Assembly (NCBI GenBank): GCA_020639095.1
Contig: JACKHH010000005.1
Coordinates: 56,574 to 120,573 of the forward strand
DNA: 64,000 nt
Direction of reading: 5' to 3'
From: Phycisphaerales bacterium
Lineage (GTDB): Bacteria; Planctomycetota; Phycisphaerae; UBA1845
Within the stretch, counting starts at the first letter, position 1, and the number at the start of each line of letters is the position of its first letter. The notes beneath the pieces are model-generated. The model was given only the letters and a program-made list of their open reading frames with translations, had not been told where the DNA came from and did no database searches. Both the position numbers and the translations under genes were made by a program. Positions 37,781 through 47,050 of this stretch are shown one piece after another.

Positions 37781-39475
37781 TTACTGCGTTGCCGCATCCG
37801 AAGCCGCCTGCTTTTGCGCCAGCAGCGGCGAGGGCAAAAACGGCGGCTTGTCGAAATCGCGATCGACCGGGGTGAGGTCGAGTTCCTCGAAGAGCAATGC
37901 CGGAGCGACGACTGTTTGATACGAGTCGCCGCCTGGAATGTTGCGGACGAACGGCGTATCGCCCACCGCGAGAATCCGCTTGAACGCACGCAGCGTGATG
38001 CGTACATAATCGACGCCGCGAACGAGTTCCTCTCGTCCGTCGGGATAGACGCGGTAGACTTCGAGCGGCCCGGCTTGGCTGATCGAAGCGATACGCATGC
38101 CGAACGGAAGGTCTTCATCTTCCGCGGCTTCCAGCAGTTCTTCGCGCATGCCGGCAGCGTCCACTGCGTCGTCGCTGCTCATGATCAGGCAACTGATCGC
38201 GGCATCGGGATTATAAAAACCATTGCCGTGCCCGTTGGAGTGTTTGAGGGTGCGCGAAGGATTGCGCGACATGACCTGCGTTTGGAGTCGCCCACCTTCG
38301 ACAAGCTCCACCTTCTGAGCCGCGATGCCCTGATCGTCATGCTTGTACGCACCGAGCGCGAGCATGCCGTTGATGCGTTCCTGCGTCGGGTCGTCAATCA
38401 CACTCACCGAACGGGGTAAAATGCGTTTGCCGATCTTCTTCTCGAAGTCGTCGGGGTCGCTCCGCGAACCCACTGGCCGCTGCCCACCGGCAAAACGATC
38501 GGTGAATTGCACGCCGAACAGCCCGCTCGCGGGCTCGGGATCGAGCAGCACGGGCCCGGTGTACGCTTCCTTCAGACGTGGTGCGTTCTTGAGCTTGATG
38601 AGCCGCTCGGCAAGTTGCCGACACTGTATTGCGATCGCGTCACCCGATGGAAAGTCGGAAATCTTCTCGGCTGCGAAGGTGATCGTGTCGAACAGTTGCA
38701 TGCCGTCATCAGCTTGCACGGTCGCGCGGACCGTGAGTTGCATACCGGTACCGCCGTCGCGCACGCGGGTGCCTTCGCTGTTGACGAGATAGCGATTGCC
38801 GGCAGCGCCCTGAATGAGTGCGGACGATTCCTGCACATCGGGGAAGTCACGAAAGACGCGCGACGCGGCGCAGACGATCTGCTCCATCTCCGCGACCGGC
38901 AGCGTGAGTTCGTGCGGGGCTTCCAGCGCGACCACAGGTTCTTCGCGTGAGAAATCGTCAGGTTTGTCCTCGATGACCTTCTGTTCCATGAACGCGCGCT
39001 TGCGGGCGAAGATTTCGGCAACGCCTTTGTAGTTGCGATCCGTCGCCCACCAAAGGGCTTGGCGAATGGCGGTGTAGTCGTTGTCGATGGGCAGTGATCC
39101 GCCCGTGGACGATCCCCCGCGCCCCACGTTGGTGTTGTCCAGCTCGTACGAACCGACGCGCACGGTCACGCGCATGGGGCGGTTGTGATCAACCTGTTTG
39201 CTCGCGATGGATCCGAGTTCGGCAGCTACGTACGCCGTCTGGGTGTCCTGGGCCGCGTACTCGATGAAATACGGGTCAGCCAAATCGGGCAGGTGCAGTT
39301 CAGCCGTCTCGCGATTCAACTCATCGACCATGGCGCGGAGGATCACGTCGTCCTTGAGCGCTTGGTCGAGCGCGACGTCATCCGCGCGAACGATAGCGCT
39401 CCGCACCGTGCAGGCGCAGAGAAACGCAATAATGAAGCGGCCCGTTCGCCGCGTGGCGGTGTCACGATTTGTCAC
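37781..39475 (-). CDS. Secreted TldD/PmbA-family (peptidase U62) protein
   Basis: Signal peptide MTNRDTATRRTGRFIIAFLCACTVRSAIVRA. TldD/PmbA-like sequence throughout. Paralogous to the upstream gene. Confidence 0.65.
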   Translation of the reverse strand: MTNRDTATRRTGRFIIAFLCACTVRSAIVRADDVALDQALKDDVILRAMVDELNRETAELHLPDLADPYFIEYAAQDTQTAYVAAELGSIASKQVDHNRPMRVTVRVGSYELDNTNVGRGGSSTGGSLPIDNDYTAIRQALWWATDRNYKGVAEIFARKRAFMEQKVIEDKPDDFSREEPVVALEAPHELTLPVAEMEQIVCAASRVFRDFPDVQESSALIQGAAGNRYLVNSEGTRVRDGGTGMQLTVRATVQADDGMQLFDTITFAAEKISDFPSGDAIAIQCRQLAERLIKLKNAPRLKEAYTGPVLLDPEPASGLFGVQFTDRFAGGQRPVGSRSDPDDFEKKIGKRILPRSVSVIDDPTQERINGMLALGAYKHDDQGIAAQKVELVEGGRLQTQVMSRNPSRTLKHSNGHGNGFYNPDAAISCLIMSSDDAVDAAGMREELLEAAEDEDLPFGMRIASISQAGPLEVYRVYPDGREELVRGVDYVRITLRAFKRILAVGDTPFVRNIPGGDSYQTVVAPALLFEELDLTPVDRDFDKPPFLPSPLLAQKQAASDAATQ

Positions 39476-41192
39476 TGCGGGTCTCCAGGGCGATGGGGGC
39501 TTCGAGGATCGGCGGGCGATCCTGCGCCTTCTGCTTCTTCTCGATTTCGATCTGTTCGACGAGCACGCTCGGGGCGATTGCGGAAACCGGTACGCTGCCC
39601 GATTCCGCGCCGCAGATGCCGTTGAACACGGCTGGGTCGTCTCCCGTCTCGATGATCTTGGAAAAACACGTCAGCGGCGTACCGACAATGTCCACACCGC
39701 GCACGAGTTCATCAGGCCTGCCGTTAACAAAGACCTTGTAGACGATGATCGGCAGAACCTTGAACGCCTGCGGCCCGCCGCGTCGTGTCGTGGTGAACCC
39801 ACCGGAGATGTCCTCGAAGAGCAGGCCGTATTCCTTGTCCTGCGCCTTGCAGGTTTCAAGCAGTTTCGCGCGGAGTTCATCGAAGGGCACTTGACGCGTT
39901 GATTCGACGATCAGGTTGCCTTGCCGCCCGACGACGCGATTGCCCGGCTGGCGCCGACCATGGCCGTTTGATTTGACGATGCCGCGCGTCGGCGTGCGCG
40001 ACATGAGAAACGTTTCGAGCGTGCCCTTGTCGACGAGCGTGACCGGCTGGCTGGGTACGGCTTCGTCGTCGTAGGGGTAATACCCATTGAGTTCGATCTT
40101 GCCGAAGTTGGTTCGCGACGGGTCGTCGATCACGGTGAGGAAGTCCGGCAGCACCGGCTGGCCTAGCTTCTTCGCGAATGTTTGACCCTCTTCGACGTCC
40201 TTCTGACGGTGACCTTCGATGCGATGGCCGAAGATCTCGTGGAAGAACACGCCGGTTGCACGGTTGCGCAGGATCGCGGGCCCGATGTAGGGCTCGACAA
40301 TCGGAGCGGCCCGCAGCGCGAGCAGTTGCTCGATGACTTCATCAACCGCGTGCATCACGGTTTCATCGTCGGGCAGGCCTTCGGGCGTGTGCGCGTCGAA
40401 CGCGGTGTACTGCCAGAGTTCCATGCCGTCGTCCGCGATGGTCGAGGCGCGAATACCGATCCGCCACCAACCCTCGCCGTGCTGCAACTTACTGCCTTCG
40501 GAATTCACCAGCAGCGTGTTCGTGACGACACCGGTGAGCGCGACCGTCGAATCGTAGATCAGCGGATACTCGCGAAACTTCTGCGAGTAGCGGCGAATGC
40601 GCTCGATGTAAGGTTTGGGATCGACGGTGGTGTTGTCGAGTGATCGGATATCAACGACAGGTTCCTCACGCGAGAAGTCGTCGGACTGGTCTTCCTCCTC
40701 AACCTTGACTTTGAGATTGGCTTTGACCTGCGCGAGTCGTTTCACCGCGTCCTTGAACGCGCCGTCTGTCGCGAGCCAGATATTCTGGCGAATCGCCAGC
40801 GGATCGCCGTCGAGCGGGAGCAGCGCGGTGCGCCCGGAGCGATCGAACGAGCTGTACCCGCCCCGGCCCCTGATCTGCCGCGTGTTGTCGAGCGTGTAGT
40901 CGCCGCAGCGCAGGTCAACGTCGAGCGAGCGACGTTGCTGCGTGCCCTCGTTGGTCAGTGCACCCAGTTCGGCGCTGACGTTGCAGGTGCGCTGATCGGT
41001 GATGGTGTATTGAATGAAGTAGGGGGTTTGGCCGTCGGGTGTCTTGAGCGCTTCCGCCTGATGGTGGAGTTCCTCGTCGAGCAGCCCGAGCAGGGGGTGA
41101 GCGTCGGCGGCCAGTGCGCGCGGCGCGCCGACGAACATCACCGCAATGGCTGACAGGGCGGCGCAGCGCCAAGCCTGTTTTCGAATCGTCAT
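39462..41192 (-). CDS. Secreted TldD/PmbA-family (peptidase U62) protein
   Basis: ATG at 41192 preceded by GAGAGGA. Signal MTIRKQAWRCAALSAIAVMFVGAPRALA. The shared block PYFIQYTITDQ... (PYFIEYAAQDT... in the paralogue) confirms the family. Confidence 0.65.
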   Translation of the reverse strand: MTIRKQAWRCAALSAIAVMFVGAPRALAADAHPLLGLLDEELHHQAEALKTPDGQTPYFIQYTITDQRTCNVSAELGALTNEGTQQRRSLDVDLRCGDYTLDNTRQIRGRGGYSSFDRSGRTALLPLDGDPLAIRQNIWLATDGAFKDAVKRLAQVKANLKVKVEEEDQSDDFSREEPVVDIRSLDNTTVDPKPYIERIRRYSQKFREYPLIYDSTVALTGVVTNTLLVNSEGSKLQHGEGWWRIGIRASTIADDGMELWQYTAFDAHTPEGLPDDETVMHAVDEVIEQLLALRAAPIVEPYIGPAILRNRATGVFFHEIFGHRIEGHRQKDVEEGQTFAKKLGQPVLPDFLTVIDDPSRTNFGKIELNGYYPYDDEAVPSQPVTLVDKGTLETFLMSRTPTRGIVKSNGHGRRQPGNRVVGRQGNLIVESTRQVPFDELRAKLLETCKAQDKEYGLLFEDISGGFTTTRRGGPQAFKVLPIIVYKVFVNGRPDELVRGVDIVGTPLTCFSKIIETGDDPAVFNGICGAESGSVPVSAIAPSVLVEQIEIEKKQKAQDRPPILEAPIALETRSDKS

Positions 41193-41245
41193 GCCGAAAG
41201 TGATCCTCTCAAACGTGGCGAGGTTGCAGAAGCGCCCGCGCCGAG

Positions 41246-41872
41246 TCAGATACCGTATCCGCGTCCTTCCGCAACGGCGCGCAGCGCCTGCATGAGGTTG
41301 GCGACGAAGATGCACGTGCTCGCCAATGTTACCACCACCACCAGCAGCATGCATCCATTGACCACCGTCGTTCCGCTGATCCGCGCGTCGGACTGAAGCG
41401 TGGCGATGATGTGCGGGCGGGCGAGCACGAACATGGAAAGTAGTACGGCTCCTATCGTCGGCCAGATGGTGATGGAATGTACAAAACTGTAAATCCACAC
41501 GCTACGCGACACAGCAGCCGTCTCCAACCCGTCGCGCGCTCGCAAAAAGTGCCCGCGGAGCACGTATTCTGGGACGGGTTCGCCTTGCGGATCGTCGGGG
41601 TTGACCACGAAGCGAATGCATCCATTGCGCGCGTCGCCCTGGAAATACCAATAGAAGAAGGTGTAGACGGCGAAGTTCGCCAGTCCGAGGAAGATAGCCG
41701 CCACGAGGATGCGATTGCGGTTGACGCGCTTCACGTTAGCGGCTGCGCTCCTTCGCAGGGGGGGGTGGTTAGCTTGCGGCGATGACGCCTTCCATCGGTG
41801 ACGATGCCGTGGCATACGCCCGGGCGGGTATCCGGCCCGCGCGGTACGCGAGGCGACCCGCTTCGATCGCAT
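41246..41872 (-). CDS. Hypothetical membrane protein (about 170 aa, 4 TM)
   Basis: Hydrophobic helices are present. The start is probably GTG near 41758 ([10 protein letters not shown]) rather than the track start. No recognisable domain. Confidence 0.4.
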   Translation of the reverse strand: MRSKRVASRTARAGYPPGRMPRHRHRWKASSPQANHPPLRRSAAANVKRVNRNRILVAAIFLGLANFAVYTFFYWYFQGDARNGCIRFVVNPDDPQGEPVPEYVLRGHFLRARDGLETAAVSRSVWIYSFVHSITIWPTIGAVLLSMFVLARPHIIATLQSDARISGTTVVNGCMLLVVVVTLASTCIFVANLMQALRAVAEGRGYGI

Positions 41873-42593
41873 GGGCCATCGCCCGCGCCATCGCGATCGG
41901 GTCAGCCGCTCCCGCGATGCCCGTGTTCAGCAGCACACCGTCCGCGCCCAACTCCATCGCAACGGCGACGTCGGATGCGGTACCCACCCCGGCATCGACG
42001 ATCACCGGGTAGTCGGGATCGTCGCCCTTGAGATACTCCAGGCACAGGCGGATGTTGTTCTTGTTGAGAATTCCCAACCCGCTGCCGATCGGGGCGCCGG
42101 CGGGCATCACGCTGACCGCGCCCGCGTCCTTCAAGCGCTTCGCGAGAATGGGATCGTCGTTGGTGTACACCAGGACTTCGAAGCCAAGCTCGACGAGTTT
42201 CTCGGTGGCGGCGAGCGTGCCGATCGGTTCGGGCAGCAGCGTCTTCTTGTCCGCGAGCACTTCGAGCTTCACCCACTTCGCACCGGGGTTGCCCAGGCCC
42301 TCGAGCAGTTCGCGGCTTAGGCGGGCACTGCGGATCGCGTCGTCCGCGTTGAAGCAACCGGCGGTGTTGGGCAGCACGGTGATGCGTGAGAGGTCGAGGT
42401 GGTCGATGATGTTGTCCTGCTTCGCGCCGCCCTCAGGTGAGAGCACGTCGCGGCGAACCGCCACCGTAACAACCTCCGACTCCGAGGCTGCGATCGCCTC
42501 CTCCATCACCGGATAGTTCGCGTACTTGCCCGTGCCCACGAAAAGCCGCGAGCGAAACTCAAACGAACCCACGCAATACCTGTCATCCACCAT
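41769..42593 (-). CDS. thiG: Thiazole synthase
   Basis: Full-length ThiG-like sequence (FVGTGKY...VLPNTAGC...KLEVL.D...LLPEP...[12 protein letters not shown]...[13 protein letters not shown]). Confidence 0.85.
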   Translation of the reverse strand: MVDDRYCVGSFEFRSRLFVGTGKYANYPVMEEAIAASESEVVTVAVRRDVLSPEGGAKQDNIIDHLDLSRITVLPNTAGCFNADDAIRSARLSRELLEGLGNPGAKWVKLEVLADKKTLLPEPIGTLAATEKLVELGFEVLVYTNDDPILAKRLKDAGAVSVMPAGAPIGSGLGILNKNNIRLCLEYLKGDDPDYPVIVDAGVGTASDVAVAMELGADGVLLNTGIAGAADPIAMARAMAHAIEAGRLAYRAGRIPARAYATASSPMEGVIAAS

Positions 42594-42818
42594 TTATCCG
42601 CCCCCCACGAACGTGACGATCTCGATCTGATCGCCATCTTGAATCGTCGTCTCGCCGAACGTCGCACGCGGCACCAGGTCCTTGTTGATCTCGACCGCGA
42701 CGCGGATCGGCTCAAGCTTCAACCCGTCGAGCAAGTCGCGCATGGTCGTACCGGCGGCGAGCGTTTCCTGCTTGCCGTTGACGGTCACGCGAATCGAATT
42801 CTCGACGGTTTGGCTCAT
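42594..42818 (-). CDS. thiS: Sulfur carrier protein ThiS
   Basis: Seventy-three-aa protein ending in GG ([10 protein letters not shown]), immediately upstream of thiG. An alternative start lies at 42848. Confidence 0.75.
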   Translation of the reverse strand: MSQTVENSIRVTVNGKQETLAAGTTMRDLLDGLKLEPIRVAVEINKDLVPRATFGETTIQDGDQIEIVTFVGGG

Positions 42819-42997
42819 TCCGCGGGGATTATAAGAGGACACCTGCATATCCTCAACGCGATGCTGGGACGGCTGGTGGGAGAGCGCCAAGTGTGCCACT
42901 GCTCTTGAGCAGTGGAGTCGATGGCGAGTGGGCCGCACAGATCATGACCACTGCTCAAGAGCAGTGGCACGCGGAAGCATGATCACTGGAACTGCGA

Positions 42998-43888
42998 CTA
43001 CAGAATGCCCTGCTCCGCACCCAACACATACCCCATGATGCGGTACGCGACGCGGGCTGCCAGGAACTCGGTGACGGCTTGGCCAGGAATGGGCATTACT
43101 TCGACGACGTCAGCCGCGACGATCTTCTTCGTCTTCGCGACCGCACGCAGCATGCGCATCACCTGATACCACTCCAGCCCGCCGGGAACCGGTGTGCCCG
43201 TACCGGGTGCGTATGCCGGGTCGAACCCGTCGATGTCCACAGTGACGTAGACCTTGTCGCCGAGCGTTTCGATCACCTGCCCGATCCAATCGTCGGACCG
43301 CGCACACTCCGCGGCCATGATCGGGGTGATACCGGCCTTTGGCATGAACTCGAGTTCTTCCGCGCACACGTTGCGGATGCCGACGGGCACGAGCTTCTCA
43401 GCGTGTTCGAGACAGCGGCGCATCACGCTGGCGTGCGACCACTTGGAACCCTGGTAGCTGTCGCGCAGGTCGAGATGCGCGTCGAGTTGCAGAATGGAGA
43501 TCTTCCCCTCGCGTTCCGCGACTGCCCGCACCAGTCCCGACGTCACGCCATGCTCACCGCCAAATCCGAACAGGAACTTGCCATCGGCCACCACCTTTTT
43601 GGCAGCGGCATAGATGGCTTCATGCGTCTCGTGTGGATCGCCCGAGGGGGCAATAACCGGCGGCAGGACGGCAATACCCGATTCGCACGGGTAGGTGCCG
43701 AGTTCCTCGTCGTAGTCTTCAAGATGGTCGGATGCGGCGATGATCGCATCCGGTCCGCGGCGCGTGCCCGATTGAAAACTGACGGTCGCGTCGTAGGGGA
43801 TTGGCAGAATCGCAAATCGCGCCGGTGCGTAATCGCTAAGCGGCGGTTCCAGACAGCAAAACGAATGGCGCGACGAGGATTCGTTCAT
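42998..43888 (-). CDS. speB: Agmatinase (ureohydrolase/arginase family)
   Basis: Mn-binding signatures DAHLDLRD and VTVDIDGFDPAYAPGTGTP. Lies next to a pyruvoyl-dependent arginine decarboxylase gene. Confidence 0.7.
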   Translation of the reverse strand: MNESSSRHSFCCLEPPLSDYAPARFAILPIPYDATVSFQSGTRRGPDAIIAASDHLEDYDEELGTYPCESGIAVLPPVIAPSGDPHETHEAIYAAAKKVVADGKFLFGFGGEHGVTSGLVRAVAEREGKISILQLDAHLDLRDSYQGSKWSHASVMRRCLEHAEKLVPVGIRNVCAEELEFMPKAGITPIMAAECARSDDWIGQVIETLGDKVYVTVDIDGFDPAYAPGTGTPVPGGLEWYQVMRMLRAVAKTKKIVAADVVEVMPIPGQAVTEFLAARVAYRIMGYVLGAEQGIL

Positions 43889-43916
43889 TCAAGTACTCGC
43901 GAAGGTGGCTATCGGT

Positions 43917-44480
43917 CTAGTCGTAAACGAACACGGCAGCCGCAACCACCGTGGTCCACAGCCCGTTCTTGTCGCCCTGGGCGGTCTGAACGGTCGCCTG
44001 CGTCTTTACGACGAGCTTTTTCGACTTGTAGATTTCGCGGCGCTTGTCGTACGCGGTCTCCGGGTCGAGGTCCAGACCGTAGGTGGTCGCGAGCATACTC
44101 GCAGCCATGTCCTCGACATGGTCGCCGCAATGCTTGTGCGTCAGACCAAAACCGTGATGCTCGGAGATGTAGCCGAAGTCATCGCGGTTGGCGGGCAATG
44201 CCAAACCAATGCCGGCAGCCGCCAAGCGGTATGGCTCGTTCGTGCGGCACTCCGCCAGAACGCAGTGGACAATGCCGCCCGGCTTCAGCTTCGCCACGCC
44301 CTTGGCGCGGGAAACGATCTTGCACTTCGGGGGGAAGATGCTCGAAACGGTGACCAGGTTGTACGCGGCGATGCCGGCTTGGCGCAGCGCGACTTCGAAC
44401 GATTGCAGGCTGTGCTTGTGAACGCCGACGCCGCGTGTGAAGAACATTTCCGTGGGGACAATTTGTGCCGTCATAAGCAT
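43917..44480 (-). CDS. pdaD: Pyruvoyl-dependent arginine decarboxylase (PdaD family)
   Basis: Self-cleavage and active-site region FEVALRQAGIAAYNLVTVSSIFPP matches the PdaD FDxAL..AGI.N.NL..xSSI.PP signature. Confidence 0.65.
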   Translation of the reverse strand: MLMTAQIVPTEMFFTRGVGVHKHSLQSFEVALRQAGIAAYNLVTVSSIFPPKCKIVSRAKGVAKLKPGGIVHCVLAECRTNEPYRLAAAGIGLALPANRDDFGYISEHHGFGLTHKHCGDHVEDMAASMLATTYGLDLDPETAYDKRREIYKSKKLVVKTQATVQTAQGDKNGLWTTVVAAAVFVYD

Positions 44481-44706
44481 GCTCCATTACGAAGGCTGAG
44501 GACCGACAAAGCGGGGCGATTATAGAATTCGACGGCTCGCACGCAACGCCTTGGCGTCGCCAAATGCGATATATCTTTTCTTTGCGTCGAGCGGGCTGGT
44601 TCGCTAAATAGTCCTGTGTGACAACGCGTCAGCCGGCATTGTGCCGCGTGATCGTCACAGGTTGCCGCAGAATCCCGCGCACGAGCCCATAACGAGCGAT
44701 TGAGCC

Positions 44707-46173
44707 TTGCCACCACACACCTACGAAATCTGGTCGCTCGTTCCGCCGGTCCTAGCCATCACGCTGGCCATCGCAACGCGCCAGGTGTTCCTCTCGCTCT
44801 TTGCGGGAATCTGGGTGGGATATCTCGTCATCGCACAGTGGAATCCCTTACTCGCCAGCGTGGAGGCGCTTGAAGCGTGCGTTGCGGTCTTCAAGGACCA
44901 CGGCAACACGTGCGTGATCCTTTTCTCCGCGATGGTTGGGTCGTTGATCGCCGGCGTGCAGCGGAGCGGGGGCGTTGACGGGTTTGTGCAGTTCGCCCAG
45001 ACGTCACGAATTGTACGCGGGCGGCGCAGTGCCGGACTGCTCGCGATGGCGGTGGGCATGGCCACCTTCATCGAGTCGAGCATCGTGTGCCTGGTGACCG
45101 GTGCGGTGGCCAGACCGATCTTCGACAAGCTGCGGATGTCACGCGAGAAGCTTGCGTACGTTTGCGACACCGTGTCCGCGCCCACGTGCGTGATGATTCC
45201 GCTGAACGGGTGGGGGGCGTTCGTGCTGGCCCAGCTTGTGGCGTCGGGGTTGGTTGATGATCCCGTGCCGCTGCTCGTCCACGCGGTGCCGCTGAACTTC
45301 TACGCCATCACCAGCCTTGTCATGCTGTTCGTCGTGCTCGTGACGGGCTGGGACATCGGGCCGATGCGCGAAGCCGAACGCCGTGCCCGCGAAGAGGGCA
45401 AACTGCTCCGCGACGGCGCCAAGCCCATGATCACCGACGAGGTGCTCGCGATGCCGCCCGAGCCCGGCGTGACGCCGCGGGCACACAATATGATTCTGCC
45501 CATCGCGGTGATGGTCGCGATGGTGCCTGTCAGCTTGTACTACACCGGCGTCACCAGTCTCGAGCCGGGCACTCCGCGCGAGTTCTGGAATATTCTGCGG
45601 GCGTGTTCCGGAAACACTTCGGTGTTCTATGCGGTGACAACTGCCGTCGTCTTCGCCGGGGCGCTCTACCGCTTGCAGGGCATCATGACGGTCAAGGAGT
45701 ATGTGGACGTTGCGATCAAGGGCGCGTCAGCGCTGGTACCGCTGGCGCTGCTGATGGTCTTCGCGTTCGCCATTGGCCACCTCTGTCGCCACGAACTGCA
45801 CACCGGTGATTACGTCGCGTCGGTGATTGGGAAAGGCATGCCCAAGTGGCTGGTGCCGGGCGCGGTGTTTGCGATCTCCTGCTTTATTGCTTTCTCCACG
45901 GGCACGAGCTTCGGCACGTTCGCGATCATGTTGTCGATCGCACTGCCCGTGGCGGACACGATCGGTGTCCGCATGGACCTGGTCGTAGCCGCTGTCCTTG
46001 GTGGCGGGGTCTTCGGCGACCACTGCTCGCCAATTTCCGACACCACTATCGTATCATCCATGGCCTCAGCATCCGACCACATCGACCACGTCAGAACACA
46101 ACTACCCTACGCACTAATGGCCGGGGGCATCGCGCTGGTTCTGTATTTATTGGCAGGAATCGCACTCGTTTAG
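44707..46173 (+). CDS. Na+/H+ antiporter NhaC-family transporter
   Basis: Polytopic membrane protein of 488 aa with NhaC-like sequence. Non-ATG (TTG) start in the track. The exact start is uncertain. Confidence 0.6.
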   Translation: MPPHTYEIWSLVPPVLAITLAIATRQVFLSLFAGIWVGYLVIAQWNPLLASVEALEACVAVFKDHGNTCVILFSAMVGSLIAGVQRSGGVDGFVQFAQTSRIVRGRRSAGLLAMAVGMATFIESSIVCLVTGAVARPIFDKLRMSREKLAYVCDTVSAPTCVMIPLNGWGAFVLAQLVASGLVDDPVPLLVHAVPLNFYAITSLVMLFVVLVTGWDIGPMREAERRAREEGKLLRDGAKPMITDEVLAMPPEPGVTPRAHNMILPIAVMVAMVPVSLYYTGVTSLEPGTPREFWNILRACSGNTSVFYAVTTAVVFAGALYRLQGIMTVKEYVDVAIKGASALVPLALLMVFAFAIGHLCRHELHTGDYVASVIGKGMPKWLVPGAVFAISCFIAFSTGTSFGTFAIMLSIALPVADTIGVRMDLVVAAVLGGGVFGDHCSPISDTTIVSSMASASDHIDHVRTQLPYALMAGGIALVLYLLAGIALV

Positions 46174-46284
46174 CGGCGACCCGAAGGGGAGCGCGTGTTT
46201 GGCGCTACCGCGTACTTTGCCACGGTCATCATTGATCAGAGGTATGACACCGTTATCGTTAGTGCGTAGTGATCATTGAACGCA

Positions 46285-47050
46285 CGCTCGCGTTCCGCTC
46301 GCCGCTAAACGTGGGTTTGTGGGGACAAGTGGCGGTCGGCGAATCAATCGAATCGGGCCACGAATGACCATTCTTGACGGCGCTTCCCCTCTTTGATTGG
46401 GTTTTGTGTTACATAGTCGATTGCGGTACGTAGTGCCGCTTCGCTGTTGAGGAACACACGCCAATGCCCGCGCGACCACATGCGTGGTGGCAGGTCACCT
46501 GAGTCTCCTCCGAATTCAGCGAGCGGGTGAACTCGCTCACGGGTGACCTGCTTTGTGGCTGCGGCTTTTGCCAGATTGATGATTTGTTCAACGCTATAGC
46601 GGTGTCGCGCGACAACCAAGTGTACGTGTTCGGGCATAATGCTGCATGCCCAGACAACCACCCCTGATTTCGCGAAGTAAGCGGCGAATCCGCGAGCAAT
46701 CGCACGCGCTTGCACGCCGGTCCAGGTGACCGGTGGATATCGCAAGGATTGCTTTGCACGAAGGCGCAGTTTGTGATCGTGCTCTTTTCCGGCTTGGGAT
46801 TGCCGCGTCCTCGCGACCTTGGCCGGCCCAAACTTTCGAAGCTCCCAGCAGCGAACGAAGTCGGACCATGACCCCCGAGGATCGTTAGGCAGCCAAAACC
46901 CGTACGCGCCAAGGATGACGTGATATCCGAGCACCATGATAAAGGACCCGCGGATACACCGTGCCACAGGCAATAGCGTTCATCGGCGCCCAGAATGGGG
47001 ACATTCTGATCGCGCCATACGCGCTCGCGTTCCGCTCGCCGCTAAACGTG
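46285..47050. mobile_element. Putative IS200/IS605-like or RAYT-associated unit: Y1 transposase gene bounded by 29-bp perfect direct repeats
   Basis: CGCTCGCGTTCCGCTCGCCGCTAAACGTG occurs at 46285-46313 and at 47022-47050. The only gene between them is the HUH transposase. A hairpin GTGCGT-(12 nt)-ACGCAC lies just left of the left copy. Confidence 0.5.
46344..46937 (-). CDS. Y1 (HUH) tyrosine transposase, IS200/IS605-family / REP-associated (RAYT-like)
   Basis: HUH motif HVHLVV and a downstream catalytic Tyr region. ATG at 46937 (MVLGYHVIL...). The track start at 46973 is a TTG. Confidence 0.7.
   Translation of the reverse strand: MVLGYHVILGAYGFWLPNDPRGSWSDFVRCWELRKFGPAKVARTRQSQAGKEHDHKLRLRAKQSLRYPPVTWTGVQARAIARGFAAYFAKSGVVVWACSIMPEHVHLVVARHRYSVEQIINLAKAAATKQVTRERVHPLAEFGGDSGDLPPRMWSRGHWRVFLNSEAALRTAIDYVTQNPIKEGKRRQEWSFVARFD

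Noticed and set aside
36706-38118. Full 470-aa methyltransferase ORF and the 678-aa (39462-41498) and 628-aa (28055-29941) ORFs as given in the track
   Set aside because: The 5' extensions are basic, low-complexity and lack ribosome-binding sites. Internal ATGs with good Shine-Dalgarno spacing or signal peptides (37776, 41192, 29743) give proteins of the family-typical length.
42819-42997. TPP riboswitch upstream of thiS
   Set aside because: I could not find the conserved CUGAGA and ACCUGAUCUGGAUAAUGCCAGCG elements on the minus strand. The leader is instead occupied by the palindrome pair. An Infernal scan is needed for certainty.
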